Source: a virus
Taxonomy: Duplodnaviria > Caudoviricetes
Virus record (IMG/VR): IMGVR_UViG_3300037657_000297
Coordinates: 1 to 26,545 of that record
Direction: 5' to 3' (one strand)
Length of the DNA stretch: 26,545 nucleotides
The position numbers were made by a program, and so were the translations under genes. The notes under the pieces are model-generated. The model did no database searches and had not been told where the DNA came from. It saw only the letters and a program-made list of their open reading frames with translations. Shown in pieces: positions 9,052 through 17,888 of this stretch. How positions within the stretch are numbered: position 1 is the stretch's first letter; each line of letters opens with the position of its first letter.

Positions 9052-10610
9052 AGTCCATTCCTTCCGATAAATCCCCGCGTGATCCGGTTGCTTTCCCGCT
9101 GTTTTCCGGGGGTATAACCGATCTTTCCGCTTCCCGCTTCCAATAAGCGAACCGCGTTCTCCAACGCATCCGGGCCATCGTCGTGAACCGATGAATTCCC
9201 GAAATAAAGGAGCTGCTCGACCAGTAAATTGGTGTCGTCATTCGTACCCATCGCCGAACCTGCGATCCAATCCTTACGGAACATCACCATGCCGCGTTCC
9301 ACAAGAGGCGACAACCGTTCTATCCGGTCTTCCTTATTCTGCGTGTTCGTCACCAATCGAAGCGGAAGGTAATACCCATATTCCTTGGCCAGCCGTTCGT
9401 AATCCCTCTGGAGTAACGCCTGAAACCCGTTTGCCTCGAGACCGACGACCTTGACTATTTCCCGGAACTCGTCGTATATTCTGAATGTCGCGTGAAGCAT
9501 TTCTTCGATGCTTCCCTTCCTGATCCACGCGCGAAGCACCGGGTAACGCATCTGTTCGCGGTCGAGGCCGACCACAACTATCGCCTTATAATCGTGACGC
9601 TTCTGCCCGCGCGCGCTCGGGTCGACGAACATGGCCGCCGTCAGGTTCCGCTCCGGAAACTCCATCGGGTGATAATACCGTATCCAGTCCTCGCGGAAGA
9701 GAGAGTCTTCGTCGTCGCGGGGATTGTTATTGTATTCCTTCTCGAACGCGATCAGCCCGACATTCTTCTTAATCTCGAGAAGATCGGCGACCGGGTAACG
9801 CGCTTCCCAAAGGGATATCGTTCCGCGTTTCGGGTCTTCGGTCAGCGCGCGATAAATCCGCCGGTTCCAGTTCGAGTACGGTTCTTCGCTTGAGAAGAGA
9901 ATCGTACCGACTACCGACCGTTTACGAATCACCGTCCCGACGATGAATAAATTTCCGCTTGGGGCGATGGACGGGTAAATCCCTTCCTTGATGATCTTGA
10001 TCGTTTTTTTCACTATTTCCGGCGAGTTTGCTTCGTCGTCCTTTTCGATATCGTCGAGGATAACGAGATCGGGACGGGCTTCCCGTTCACGCTTACCGCG
10101 CGTCATTGTCCGTACGCCCATGGCGCAAATACGGATGCCGTTCGCTCTAAAATCTCCGGCCTCGCCGCCGGTGGAGATTTCCCCGAAATCGCCCCTGATA
10201 CTGGTATTGCTTTCCAGTTCCAGTTTGGCGAATTCGACAAGGTCGGATGCGAGGTCGTCGTTCGCGCTGATGATCTCGATAAACCGTCGGCTCTTTCGGA
10301 CAATCGACCAGAGGACGTAACCGAAACTGATATGCGCGGATTTCGCGAATCCGCGCGGCGCGGCCACTACCATCGGGTTAACCACCCGGGGGCGCTCCTC
10401 GAGCATCCCGATCATCTCGCGGTGGAATTCAGCGAAATCGTTCTCCGCGTAATGCGGCAGATACGTCTTGAAGAAGTAGAAGTAATCCGACTTCGCGCGC
10501 CGGATGCGTTCCTGCTTCCCTTTCTCCGGGAGAGGCTTCGCCTTCTCGTGCATTTTCTCAAGTACTTCGTTCTTCCGCTGGCGGAAATCGCTCAATCTCA
10601 TTTTATTCAA
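9048..10610 (-). CDS. terL: Terminase large subunit
   Basis: Walker A APRGFAKS, Walker B PDLVILDDIE, coupling IVGT, nuclease motifs FVDPS..DY.A and HDDGPDA. Confidence 0.93.
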   Translation of the reverse strand: MNKMRLSDFRQRKNEVLEKMHEKAKPLPEKGKQERIRRAKSDYFYFFKTYLPHYAENDFAEFHREMIGMLEERPRVVNPMVVAAPRGFAKSAHISFGYVLWSIVRKSRRFIEIISANDDLASDLVEFAKLELESNTSIRGDFGEISTGGEAGDFRANGIRICAMGVRTMTRGKREREARPDLVILDDIEKDDEANSPEIVKKTIKIIKEGIYPSIAPSGNLFIVGTVIRKRSVVGTILFSSEEPYSNWNRRIYRALTEDPKRGTISLWEARYPVADLLEIKKNVGLIAFEKEYNNNPRDDEDSLFREDWIRYYHPMEFPERNLTAAMFVDPSARGQKRHDYKAIVVVGLDREQMRYPVLRAWIRKGSIEEMLHATFRIYDEFREIVKVVGLEANGFQALLQRDYERLAKEYGYYLPLRLVTNTQNKEDRIERLSPLVERGMVMFRKDWIAGSAMGTNDDTNLLVEQLLYFGNSSVHDDGPDALENAVRLLEAGSGKIGYTPGKQRESNRITRGFIGRNGL

Positions 10611-10613
10611 TGA

Positions 10614-11075
10614 TTACTTCCCTTTCTCGATAAATCTGAAAAAGCCCTTGATCGCGTTCTCGAGGGTCTCGCGTTTCTCGGCGGTTTCGTTATCTCCTAC
10701 AGGGTACTCGGTATTCATAAAGTCGACGAATCTATCCATCACACTCACGGTCATCGAGTAGATATCCCCGATCTTGCGGATTTTCTCTATGGAACTCGTG
10801 ATCTTCGCAAGTTTATCCGCATCGAGAAATTCCCATCCCTTTTCTCTAACGTCCGCGATAAAATTCCCCAGCATCTCTTCTAGGGTAATTACACTTCCCG
10901 CGCTGGTCGAAAAAAAGTGTTTCCGCTTGTCTTCCCACTCATACTCGGCTTTCCATTTTCCGAGAGTCTTATCCGATACCCCGGTACAGGCGGTAATTTC
11001 CGCGAGCGTTTTCCCGTGGATATAGAGTTGTTCGCACTGGAGGTAATAATGCTCGAACTTGTTCTTTTGTCCCAT
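10614..11075 (-). CDS. Putative terminase small subunit (HTH, DUF1804-like)
   Basis: LYIHGKTLAEIT...GVSDKTLGKWK...W; directly upstream of terL; TGATG coupling with the preceding gene. Confidence 0.7.
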   Translation of the reverse strand: MGQKNKFEHYYLQCEQLYIHGKTLAEITACTGVSDKTLGKWKAEYEWEDKRKHFFSTSAGSVITLEEMLGNFIADVREKGWEFLDADKLAKITSSIEKIRKIGDIYSMTVSVMDRFVDFMNTEYPVGDNETAEKRETLENAIKGFFRFIEKGK

Positions 11076-11317
11076 CAAAGTTCCTCTTTAAGCCGTTTGA
11101 TATCGGCCAGAAGTTCCTTACGTTTATTCCAAGCCTCAATCAATTCGTTCAGCGCGGAAAGCGCATACTCCGGTTGTATCTCGTCGACCGGCATCCATTC
11201 CTTCAGGTAACGGGTCACTTCTTTCCGGTCGCGGTCGATCTTGATATCGATAGCGTTCAATGATTCCTGTTTTTCAGCGATAGTGCCGAGAAGAAGCCGT
11301 TTATCTTCCTGGTTCAT
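11075..11317 (-). CDS. Hypothetical coiled-coil protein
   Basis: ATG 11317 with AGGAGG SD, 80 aa; upstream ORF extension is repeat DNA. Confidence 0.7.
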   Translation of the reverse strand: MNQEDKRLLLGTIAEKQESLNAIDIKIDRDRKEVTRYLKEWMPVDEIQPEYALSALNELIEAWNKRKELLADIKRLKEEL

Positions 11318-11382
11318 TTTTCCTCCTGACCCCCACGGACGGGGGAAATGTCGTGCGGCGACATGGATGTCCAAAGCCGGCC

Positions 11383-11760
11383 TTAGTGGATGAGCTTGAT
11401 CGCGGCAGTCGTGATCAGCGCGGTCAATAGCGCGGATACAATCCCGATAATCACCTGGGCCGCCGCGGACCGTTTTTCTATCTCGCCGATCCGATCCGCA
11501 TGTTTTTCCTGAGTTTCAGCGATGCGCTCAATTTCACGCTCGATATTCTGGCGGTGGTTATAGCACGTTTCTTTCCCGACCGCAAACCCGTCCTTCATCA
11601 TCGCCTCGATAGATTTTACGGATGCGCTGAGGGCGGTTAAGTTTTTCATAAATTCAAGCTGTATCTGTGTCACGGATTCTTTGATTTCCGCGACCTCTGT
11701 TTTAAGTTCGTTAAATTCATCAACCCGGATTTCCGGTTTTTTAGCGGGCGACATTCGCAC
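11383..11760 (-). CDS. Coiled-coil protein with C-terminal membrane anchor
   Basis: Heptad-rich; ends in VIIGIVSALLTALITTAAI; AAGGAG SD (start 11760 or 11754). Confidence 0.7.
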   Translation of the reverse strand: MRMSPAKKPEIRVDEFNELKTEVAEIKESVTQIQLEFMKNLTALSASVKSIEAMMKDGFAVGKETCYNHRQNIEREIERIAETQEKHADRIGEIEKRSAAAQVIIGIVSALLTALITTAAIKLIH

Positions 11761-11790
11761 TCCTTTCCCCTCGACAATCTCGGGGTGATG

Positions 11791-12324
11791 TTAATCTATC
11801 AATATGTTGATGCCTATTTGCACGCCTTTAAAATCGCTCCCCGCCCAAACGCCCCAGCGGTCGTAGAACCGGTATCCCGCGAATACCGCCGGGAATACCC
11901 CCGCGCCCTGAGCGGAGCCGAAGGGCAGGGATGCGCCGATCCCGATTGTCCACCTGGGGAAATTGAGCGGCAGGGTATAATGGTTCTTATATACGTCGAA
12001 AGTTACTGCATCCAATGTTTGCCCGGTCGCGGCCGGAGCTGCGGTGACGAAATTCGACAGCTCGCGGTAAACATACACGATCTGTGTCACGGCGGCCGCG
12101 TTGGTAACAAAGCGGATCACGTTTCCGAGCGTGCCCACCGTCCCGATGGTTCCCGCGTCCGGTACTACGCTGCCGATATTCGTATTCACCGTCACCCCGA
12201 GCGTAGTCGAGAGGGACGGTTTCGGAAAAGTCCCGAACGGGTTCCAGCCGAGCATCGCGCATGCCAGAAATCCGAGGACGAGTCCTATGAGAAAATACCA
12301 ACTCTTACCGAGTTCGTTCTTCAT
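11791..12324 (-). CDS. Membrane protein in the lysis cassette, spanin candidate
   Basis: ATG 12324 with AAGGAG SD; N-terminal TM, Thr/Val-rich linker, C-terminal amphipathic beta-strands. Confidence 0.6.
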   Translation of the reverse strand: MKNELGKSWYFLIGLVLGFLACAMLGWNPFGTFPKPSLSTTLGVTVNTNIGSVVPDAGTIGTVGTLGNVIRFVTNAAAVTQIVYVYRELSNFVTAAPAATGQTLDAVTFDVYKNHYTLPLNFPRWTIGIGASLPFGSAQGAGVFPAVFAGYRFYDRWGVWAGSDFKGVQIGINILID

Positions 12325-12617
12325 AGCGCGCTCCTTAACCTCGACCGTCGACCACCGCCTGTCTCGGCAATCCTGCCTCGACTCGGCGCTCCTCCCCTCC
12401 ATGGGAGTCGAAAAGGGCGGGATAACCCTAACACTAAGCGCCGCCATGCGCGAATCGCGTCTTTCCGGCCATGTCCGTATGCGAGTTTCCCGCACTCCGG
12501 ACAGCGCATACGGATCACTCCTTTAATACCGAGGCATGAGATTCCCTTCGCTATCTTCGATACGACCGGTTCTCCGCCGCATCTGCATCGCGGTATTTTT
12601 GGATATTTTCGTTTCAC
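12321..12617 (-). CDS. Small zinc-ribbon protein (Lar-like)
   Basis: PRCRCGG...RCPECG...AIRAW; 3' tail reads through a family A repeat. Confidence 0.55.
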   Translation of the reverse strand: MKRKYPKIPRCRCGGEPVVSKIAKGISCLGIKGVIRMRCPECGKLAYGHGRKDAIRAWRRLVLGLSRPFRLPWRGGAPSRGRIAETGGGRRSRLRSAL

Positions 12618-13127
12618 TTATCGCCTCTGGAATTTTTTCTTAGCAAACGCGAGGACATCTTCATACTCGGCCATCTTCGAACCGATCATCCCCCAACGCC
12701 CGCGGTATCCCCGCATATCGATATGATGCCCCGGATGATTCCAGCTGGGGTAGATTCCCCATCCTACCGAATCGAGAAGGTTCTCTTCTTTCAGAAAATC
12801 CTTGATTATTTCGATGCTTGAAAGAAAATCGATACCGGCGATATGGAAATCCGAAGCGATGGCGAGCCGGACGAGTTTTCCGGCCTTATCTTTTTTCAGA
12901 AAATGCTTCGAGCCGGGGACGTGAACATCCGACGGGTCGTACAGGCAATGGATCACGATTGCCGCGCACGGTTCGTAATGGGTCAGCCACTCCTGAAAAT
13001 CCGACAGGAAACGGACGATTTTTATATCGGTGAACTGTTTTACCGGCGGGGTCAGTAATTTCCCGCCCTTAAAGTCGACGCGGAATATATCCTGATGTTT
13101 GACGGTTGAAAATTCCTGATCAGTCAT
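12618..13127 (-). CDS. Endolysin, peptidase M15-like
   Basis: HVPGSKH...AIASDF and GWGIYPSW...HHIDMRG..RW; directly downstream of the holin-like gene. Confidence 0.75.
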   Translation of the reverse strand: MTDQEFSTVKHQDIFRVDFKGGKLLTPPVKQFTDIKIVRFLSDFQEWLTHYEPCAAIVIHCLYDPSDVHVPGSKHFLKKDKAGKLVRLAIASDFHIAGIDFLSSIEIIKDFLKEENLLDSVGWGIYPSWNHPGHHIDMRGYRGRWGMIGSKMAEYEDVLAFAKKKFQRR

Positions 13128-13419
13128 TTTGATGATCCCCCTTTGTCACCCCGAGCTTATCCCCGTCAGTGGGCAAAGTCGAGGGGGTGTTTTCAGGAGG
13201 GGTTTCTGTATCGGGTAATCCTTTGATGTTCCTGATGAGAAGGGAAGCGTCGACTGGAGCGGTCACGAACGCGATGAAGAGACCGAACCGGACAACCGCA
13301 TCGGATTCGGTTTGGGTGATCGTTCCCCGAACGAGAAAAAAATAAAAGGAACACGCGAGCACAAATATAATCGACAGAATCTTGGCGGCCAGCGTGACCG
13401 CTTTCCCTTTTAACTGCAA
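13120..13419 (-). CDS. Putative holin (2 TM)
   Basis: Two hydrophobic segments, TTG start with GGAGGGG SD; first gene of the late operon. Confidence 0.65.
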   Translation of the reverse strand: MQLKGKAVTLAAKILSIIFVLACSFYFFLVRGTITQTESDAVVRFGLFIAFVTAPVDASLLIRNIKGLPDTETPPENTPSTLPTDGDKLGVTKGDHQND

Positions 13420-13538
13420 AATCCCCTCCGATGCCCATGGATGGGCGAGTCCAGCGACGACATGGATGTGCAGGAGCGATACCGACTTTTCTGCTTCTTG
13501 GAACTCCCAATTCTAGAAAAACCGAAAATTGTAGACTT

Positions 13539-13576
13539 ATTCTATCATGCCGTTAAAAAGTATTGGTCATAATCAC
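13539..13576 (-). promoter_or_regulatory. Possible activator-dependent late promoter
   Basis: TGA-TAGAAT extended -10 at 13547-13539 with no consensus -35, between the Mor/C gene and lysis genes as in Mu. Confidence 0.35.
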
Positions 13577-13580
13577 GCCA

Positions 13581-13859
13581 TTATTTTTTAGAGGTGAATA
13601 AATCGTCTTCTTTCATCCGATTTATCCGTTCGATTATGCGGCGAACCCATCTATCGGACAATCCGTATTTCCGCGCCAGTTCCTTAAAAGGCATACCCGA
13701 CCGGTAATTCTTCTCGATCCCAGCATCCCGTTTGGTACGGTGCAGAGAGGAATTCTTCGGGACAGTCCAATGCTCACCGCTCATTAAAAAGATCAGGCCC
13801 AGAGTCTTTTTTTCGCCGATGAGCTTCTTTACGCGCTCGATCCGTTCGTATCGCTTCAT
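13581..13859 (-). CDS. Mor/C family transcription activator
   Basis: IG...L...SGEHWTVPK...RD..I...G..ELARKYGLSDRWVRRII. Confidence 0.88.
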   Translation of the reverse strand: MKRYERIERVKKLIGEKKTLGLIFLMSGEHWTVPKNSSLHRTKRDAGIEKNYRSGMPFKELARKYGLSDRWVRRIIERINRMKEDDLFTSKK

Positions 13860-14031
13860 CGCAAATCTCCCTGATCATCGCGCGGCGGGTTTCATCATCA
13901 ATACCCATCCGCTTAACGTAACTATCGAATACCGGAAAACGGAAATCTCCGCTACCGAGTTCAGCAAGTAACATTTCGATTTCCTCGTCGTTCAGTACTT
14001 TCCGTGTCTCGACGACAAACCCGCTACTCAC
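13774..14031 (-). CDS. Hypothetical protein with Mor-like N-terminal motif
   Basis: LLAELGSGDFRFP; overlaps both neighbours. Confidence 0.5.
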   Translation of the reverse strand: MSSGFVVETRKVLNDEEIEMLLAELGSGDFRFPVFDSYVKRMGIDDETRRAMIREICDEAIRTDRARKEAHRRKKDSGPDLFNER

Positions 14032-14323
14032 CGGATTCCTCCAACGGCAGGATGCCGGAGTTCCGCGAATCCACCTGTCTACCTTCGATAGAAGGCACGG
14101 CGGACGGATTAGAGCGGTACACTTTTACAGACTGCTTCACTTCGTTCGCAGTGACGATTGTGCTTAATCCGATTCCCACCGCTAAAAATATCCCCGCGAC
14201 CGCGTAATAGACGCAGAACACGACTCGAGTCATATCGTTCCATCCGGACGCCATGCACGCGAAGCCCATCCCGAACATCAGAATATTCTGTACGCGGCAG
14301 GCGGTTCTCCAATAATCTTTCAT
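14024..14323 (-). CDS. Small membrane protein
   Basis: 99 aa, two hydrophobic segments; ATGA coupling. Confidence 0.55.
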   Translation of the reverse strand: MKDYWRTACRVQNILMFGMGFACMASGWNDMTRVVFCVYYAVAGIFLAVGIGLSTIVTANEVKQSVKVYRSNPSAVPSIEGRQVDSRNSGILPLEESGE

Positions 14324-14499
14324 TTCGATTCCCTGATCGCTTCAATGCGGGAATAAAACACCCATACTTCAGAGAATTCGGCAATCACCAATATTGTGCT
14401 ATTCAGCCAGTTTACGCCTAAAACGGAACGCCAGATACCTATAATCAGCACTTCGGTTTTAATACTAAACTTGTATGCATCAAATTCTTTTTCTTTCAT
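14320..14499 (-). CDS. Hypothetical protein (59 aa, below ORF-track cutoff)
   Basis: GGGAGG SD, MKEKEFDAYKFSIKTEVLI...IEAIRESK; stop overlaps the next ATG. Confidence 0.65.
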   Translation of the reverse strand: MKEKEFDAYKFSIKTEVLIIGIWRSVLGVNWLNSTILVIAEFSEVWVFYSRIEAIRESK

Positions 14500-14547
14500 G
14501 CATCCTCCCTCATGTATTTCCGCCTTTCCGGCATCCGGTCGAGGTCA

Positions 14548-15045
14548 TTATTGCTCCAACTTCTTTTCCAGTCCCTGCTTTTCCCATTCGGCAAGCCGCT
14601 TTACCATCAGATCGTAGTCCTGAAAGTAATCGAACACTTCCCAACGCGTATTCAAAATCTTATTTGCCGGGACTTTGACAAACGCGTGCTGATGCGGAGA
14701 ATCGGATAACATCGCGACCACTACCCACTTTCCGAACTCCCGCGCCCAGGTCAATTCCGCGATACATCCCGCGCTCATCTTGTCCGCACCGGTGAGGTCG
14801 CAGAACAGGACGTCGCAGATCAGAACGTTATTCCGGCATTCGTCGTATATTCTCTCGTTATCCCCGCTCATATCAGCCGGGATCGGCCAATCGTCGCGGC
14901 GCTCCCCGGCGACTTTCGGCGCGATCACCTCGTACCCGAACTTATGGAGCGTACTCCGCAGGGTCAGGATATGCCGGTCGACATCGGATTTCATCCGCCC
15001 CGATATCGGGATGGAAATATATACTTTTATCTTTTCATTAGTCAT
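14548..15045 (-). CDS. Nucleoside 2-deoxyribosyltransferase-like protein
   Basis: KVYISIPISG, CDVLFCDL, SAGCIAELTWA..GKWV. Confidence 0.75.
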   Translation of the reverse strand: MTNEKIKVYISIPISGRMKSDVDRHILTLRSTLHKFGYEVIAPKVAGERRDDWPIPADMSGDNERIYDECRNNVLICDVLFCDLTGADKMSAGCIAELTWAREFGKWVVVAMLSDSPHQHAFVKVPANKILNTRWEVFDYFQDYDLMVKRLAEWEKQGLEKKLEQ

Positions 15046-15244
15046 TTGTCACATCCTTAAAACCGAATGGACATTCAGGATGGATCGTTTTTTCGTAGAT
15101 ATTCATCGTTACATCAATAAGGCGATCAATTTTCCGTTTCTCAGTTAGAATCGGGCATTTTGCCCATGGTAACGGACTCTTATCATCAAAGCCCCAGTGT
15201 GTACAATCCGCGCATGAATGAGTTTTTTCACTAATAACTGCCAT
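15038..15244 (-). CDS. Small Cys-rich protein
   Basis: SCADC..W, KCP, IHPECP; GGGGG SD; overlaps the next gene. Confidence 0.65.
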   Translation of the reverse strand: MAVISEKTHSCADCTHWGFDDKSPLPWAKCPILTEKRKIDRLIDVTMNIYEKTIHPECPFGFKDVTND

Positions 15245-15272
15245 ACTTACCCCCTGCGTAACGAATCTTCGA

Positions 15273-15542
15273 TTATTGCGAGCAAACTGTTTTGATGAAT
15301 TTCACAGCCATCGCGGCTATTTGGATCGCCTCGGTACGCATCCTTTCTACCGCGCCGGGTTCTTTGTCACTTTTGATCTCGTCCCAAAGTTCGTCCAACT
15401 CCTCAAGGATTACAGCATAGCCTTCATGCGCGGAAGCAAATCCGCCGAACTTCTTTTCAGCGCTATGAAGCTCATCGAGTATTTCAGAAAATATTCGATA
15501 GTTCATTTTTACATCAGTATCACAATCCTCAAAATGCTTCAT
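15273..15542 (-). CDS. MazG-like NTP pyrophosphohydrolase fold protein
   Basis: ATG 15542; SAHEGYAVILEELDELWDEIK...EAIQIAAMA. Confidence 0.7.
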   Translation of the reverse strand: MKHFEDCDTDVKMNYRIFSEILDELHSAEKKFGGFASAHEGYAVILEELDELWDEIKSDKEPGAVERMRTEAIQIAAMAVKFIKTVCSQ

Positions 15543-15937
15543 ACGTTTGCTCCTTCTTTTATCCCGGATAATTCTTTCATCCTCTCGATTACATCCGCAG
15601 GGATAACGCATTCATCCATCGCGCCGAGTTTCCGGGCGATATATCCGGCGATCAGCCGGAGTTCCGCGAGTTCCTTATTTTCCCTTCGGTTCCGGGAATG
15701 TTTCGCGCGGTCGAGGCGGAGATGGCACCGCTGACAGCAGACCAGTAGGTTGTCGTCCTCATTATTTTTCGTATCCCCGTCGATATGGTGCACCGTCAGT
15801 ACGACCATACTTTTCGTCAGCCAATGCGGCTTCCCGTGCTCGGCATGGCAGAGCTCGCATTTCCATTCAACCGCCGCTTTCCGGCGGTTCGATATCTCCC
15901 GCCAGTCCGGCGGATAATTTTTCCAATCTACAGGCAT
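15539..15937 (-). CDS. HNH endonuclease
   Basis: YPPDW, KCELC, VLTVHHIDGD..NN...NL...CQRCH. Confidence 0.88.
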   Translation of the reverse strand: MPVDWKNYPPDWREISNRRKAAVEWKCELCHAEHGKPHWLTKSMVVLTVHHIDGDTKNNEDDNLLVCCQRCHLRLDRAKHSRNRRENKELAELRLIAGYIARKLGAMDECVIPADVIERMKELSGIKEGANV

Positions 15938-16227
15938 TACTTATCCCGGACAACGTCTACCGTATAGGCTACCCATTTTATACCGGAATTGAAGAAAACC
16001 TTTTGAGAATATTCTTCGCCTTCCGGTTCTTCAATTCTTTCGAACAAAGTTCCTTTTTCACGGAGAAGAAAGTTCCAGTTTCCATCGTAAACAACCTTCA
16101 GTAAAGTTCCGTCAGAAACCGCGAGAAAATATTCTTTTTCGTCGTCATCAGGGTAAACATTCAATTCTTCCTCAAAATCTCCTTCGATCTCGATGAGGTC
16201 ATCACTGGCACCGAATATCTCTATCAT
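15937..16227 (-). CDS. Hypothetical phage protein
   Basis: ATG 16227 with AAGGAGG SD; IFGASDDLIEIEGD, SDGTLL. Confidence 0.75.
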   Translation of the reverse strand: MIEIFGASDDLIEIEGDFEEELNVYPDDDEKEYFLAVSDGTLLKVVYDGNWNFLLREKGTLFERIEEPEGEEYSQKVFFNSGIKWVAYTVDVVRDK

Positions 16228-16955
16228 ACGTCCTCCTTTACGGGAACTTCTTCTCGTTTTATGGCTTTGTCGCACGTATCCGCATGGCAGATTTTTTCCG
16301 CCTTCGGGTAATCGAGGCCGATGAGGAGACACCGCCATTGTTTGCCGAACGACTGCAAGTTCCAGCCGAGAATATCCCTGTACCGCGAATTTTCGCATTC
16401 TCCGCAGCGGATATCGCCCGGTTGAGCGGCGCGGTAGTTGTTCACTTTCTTTATCTCAAGCGGGGTCAGCCTCCCTTTCGGCGTCCCTGCCTCGGTCGGC
16501 ATTAGTCCATCCATGGACGTCATTGTTTTCCTCCGGTCGTCGGCATCCGTAGGACACTGAGCGACAGCCGAAGTGTCGTTTTTGTGATACCTTTTCAACG
16601 CCTCGATAACCTTCCGCGCTTCGTGCGCCTGAAGGTCGCCCGGGTTTTTCACCGTCCGGGACACGATCTTACTGCAAAATCCCGGCAGATTCTTAACCGT
16701 CCCTTTCGCGAGGTTGCGAATCTTCATCAACTGCGCGTCGGTGGCCATTCCAGCGGCGTTTAAGAGTTTCAAAAATATTGTTCGAAGGTCTCTATAATCA
16801 GCATAAGACAAATCCTTCGAACTCGGTACGCCGCTTGTCCCGAGCGAAGCCGAGGGAAACCCGGATAATAATGCCCGGTAGGATTCTTCGTCCATCCCGA
16901 GCCGGGACTTCCAGATATGAATCTTGGCTATTTCAGCCTTACCGATTGTTTTCAT
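16224..16955 (-). CDS. gemA: GemA/DUF1018-like protein fused to a C-terminal Cys-rich domain
   Basis: ATG 16955 with GGAGGT SD; IAKIHI...LGMDEESYRALL, SSKDLS, KVIEALK; internal SD+ATG at 16523. Confidence 0.75.
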   Translation of the reverse strand: MKTIGKAEIAKIHIWKSRLGMDEESYRALLSGFPSASLGTSGVPSSKDLSYADYRDLRTIFLKLLNAAGMATDAQLMKIRNLAKGTVKNLPGFCSKIVSRTVKNPGDLQAHEARKVIEALKRYHKNDTSAVAQCPTDADDRRKTMTSMDGLMPTEAGTPKGRLTPLEIKKVNNYRAAQPGDIRCGECENSRYRDILGWNLQSFGKQWRCLLIGLDYPKAEKICHADTCDKAIKREEVPVKEDV

Positions 16956-17021
16956 ACGTACCTCCGACCCCCACGGATGGGGGGAGTGCCGAGTTTCGAC
17001 AAGGATGTCGAAACCGGCGCT

Positions 17022-17107
17022 TGCCTGCGGCGGGATTCGAACCCGCGACGCGTCGCCGTTATCCCTATTAAGGGAGGCGACTGTTCTATCCGCTGAACTA
17101 CACAAGC
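17022..17107 (-). tRNA. tRNA-like gene with a 20 nt anticodon-loop region; anticodon unassignable
   Basis: GCTTGTG TA GTTC-AGCGGATA-GAAC A GTCGC-[CTCCCTTAATAGGGATAACG]-GCGAC GCGTC GCGGG-TTCGAAT-CCCGC CGCAGGC A; no encoded CCA. Confidence 0.8.
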
Positions 17108-17113
17108 TCCTAA

Positions 17114-17299
17114 CTATCTTAACAAACTCGCGTCCCCGGTCTCGACGGCTCGGATGAATTTCGAGAGCTTCAATTCGTACATCTCCATACGCCGCGCCCT
17201 GTCCCTCATCGTTTCGGCGGAATAACCGGCTCGTCCCGCCGGACTCCGGTGGTTCTTCTTCCACGCGGCGGTATTCCTGATCGCCCGCTTTTTACTCAT
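17114..17299 (-). CDS. Small basic hypothetical protein
   Basis: ATG 17299 with GGGGGAG SD overlapping the gam stop. Confidence 0.5.
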   Translation of the reverse strand: MSKKRAIRNTAAWKKNHRSPAGRAGYSAETMRDRARRMEMYELKLSKFIRAVETGDASLLR

Positions 17300-17888
17300 G
17301 CGCTCCCCCACGGTCACCGAGCCTGTCTTCCGCGTATGCGGGAGGCGAAGCCGAGGTGTCCGCTTCTTGCTCGATATCGTTATCGAGTTCTTTTTCCATC
17401 GCCGCGATAATCTTGTCTATCTCGCCGTCGGTCGCGCTGATCACCAGCTCGTCCACGTCCGCTTTGATCTCGACACCGATAGCCTTCAGGTCGGCGGCGG
17501 TCAGAGATTTCAACGCGTCCTTGATGACCGATTCCTTCGTCTGAATCATCAGCTTCGCTTGTTCCTTAGAAAACTTCTTCCTGATCAGCGCGATAGTCTG
17601 TTCTTGAGACAGGATGATCGTCTCGCCGGTCTTTTTCCGGTACCCGATTTTGATACCGTGCATGACCTGCGTCTTGGGTTTGTCGAAGAGTTCCTTGTTC
17701 GCCGCGATAACGCCCGCGAGTTCGGATTTCTTATCCGCCATTTTGGCGAAAAGACGCTTGATTTTCGGGACAAATCCGCGCTTCACCGCTTCGATTTCGC
17801 CGTTCATCGCCGCCAGTTCGAACGCGAGAGCCTCCCGCGCGTCGGCGTAATCCTTGACCGGCTTGTCGAATACTTCGATATGATTCAT
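17292..17888 (-). CDS. gam: Mu Gam-like host-nuclease inhibitor
   Basis: Helical N-terminus, NKELF.KPKT..HGIKIGYRK, I.TKESVIKDALK, L.AIGV.I; Mu early-region position. Confidence 0.8.
   Translation of the reverse strand: MNHIEVFDKPVKDYADAREALAFELAAMNGEIEAVKRGFVPKIKRLFAKMADKKSELAGVIAANKELFDKPKTQVMHGIKIGYRKKTGETIILSQEQTIALIRKKFSKEQAKLMIQTKESVIKDALKSLTAADLKAIGVEIKADVDELVISATDGEIDKIIAAMEKELDNDIEQEADTSASPPAYAEDRLGDRGGAHE

Noticed and set aside
17058-17067. TAGGGATAAC resembling the start of the I-SceI site
   Set aside because: Only 10 contiguous bases match; likely chance.
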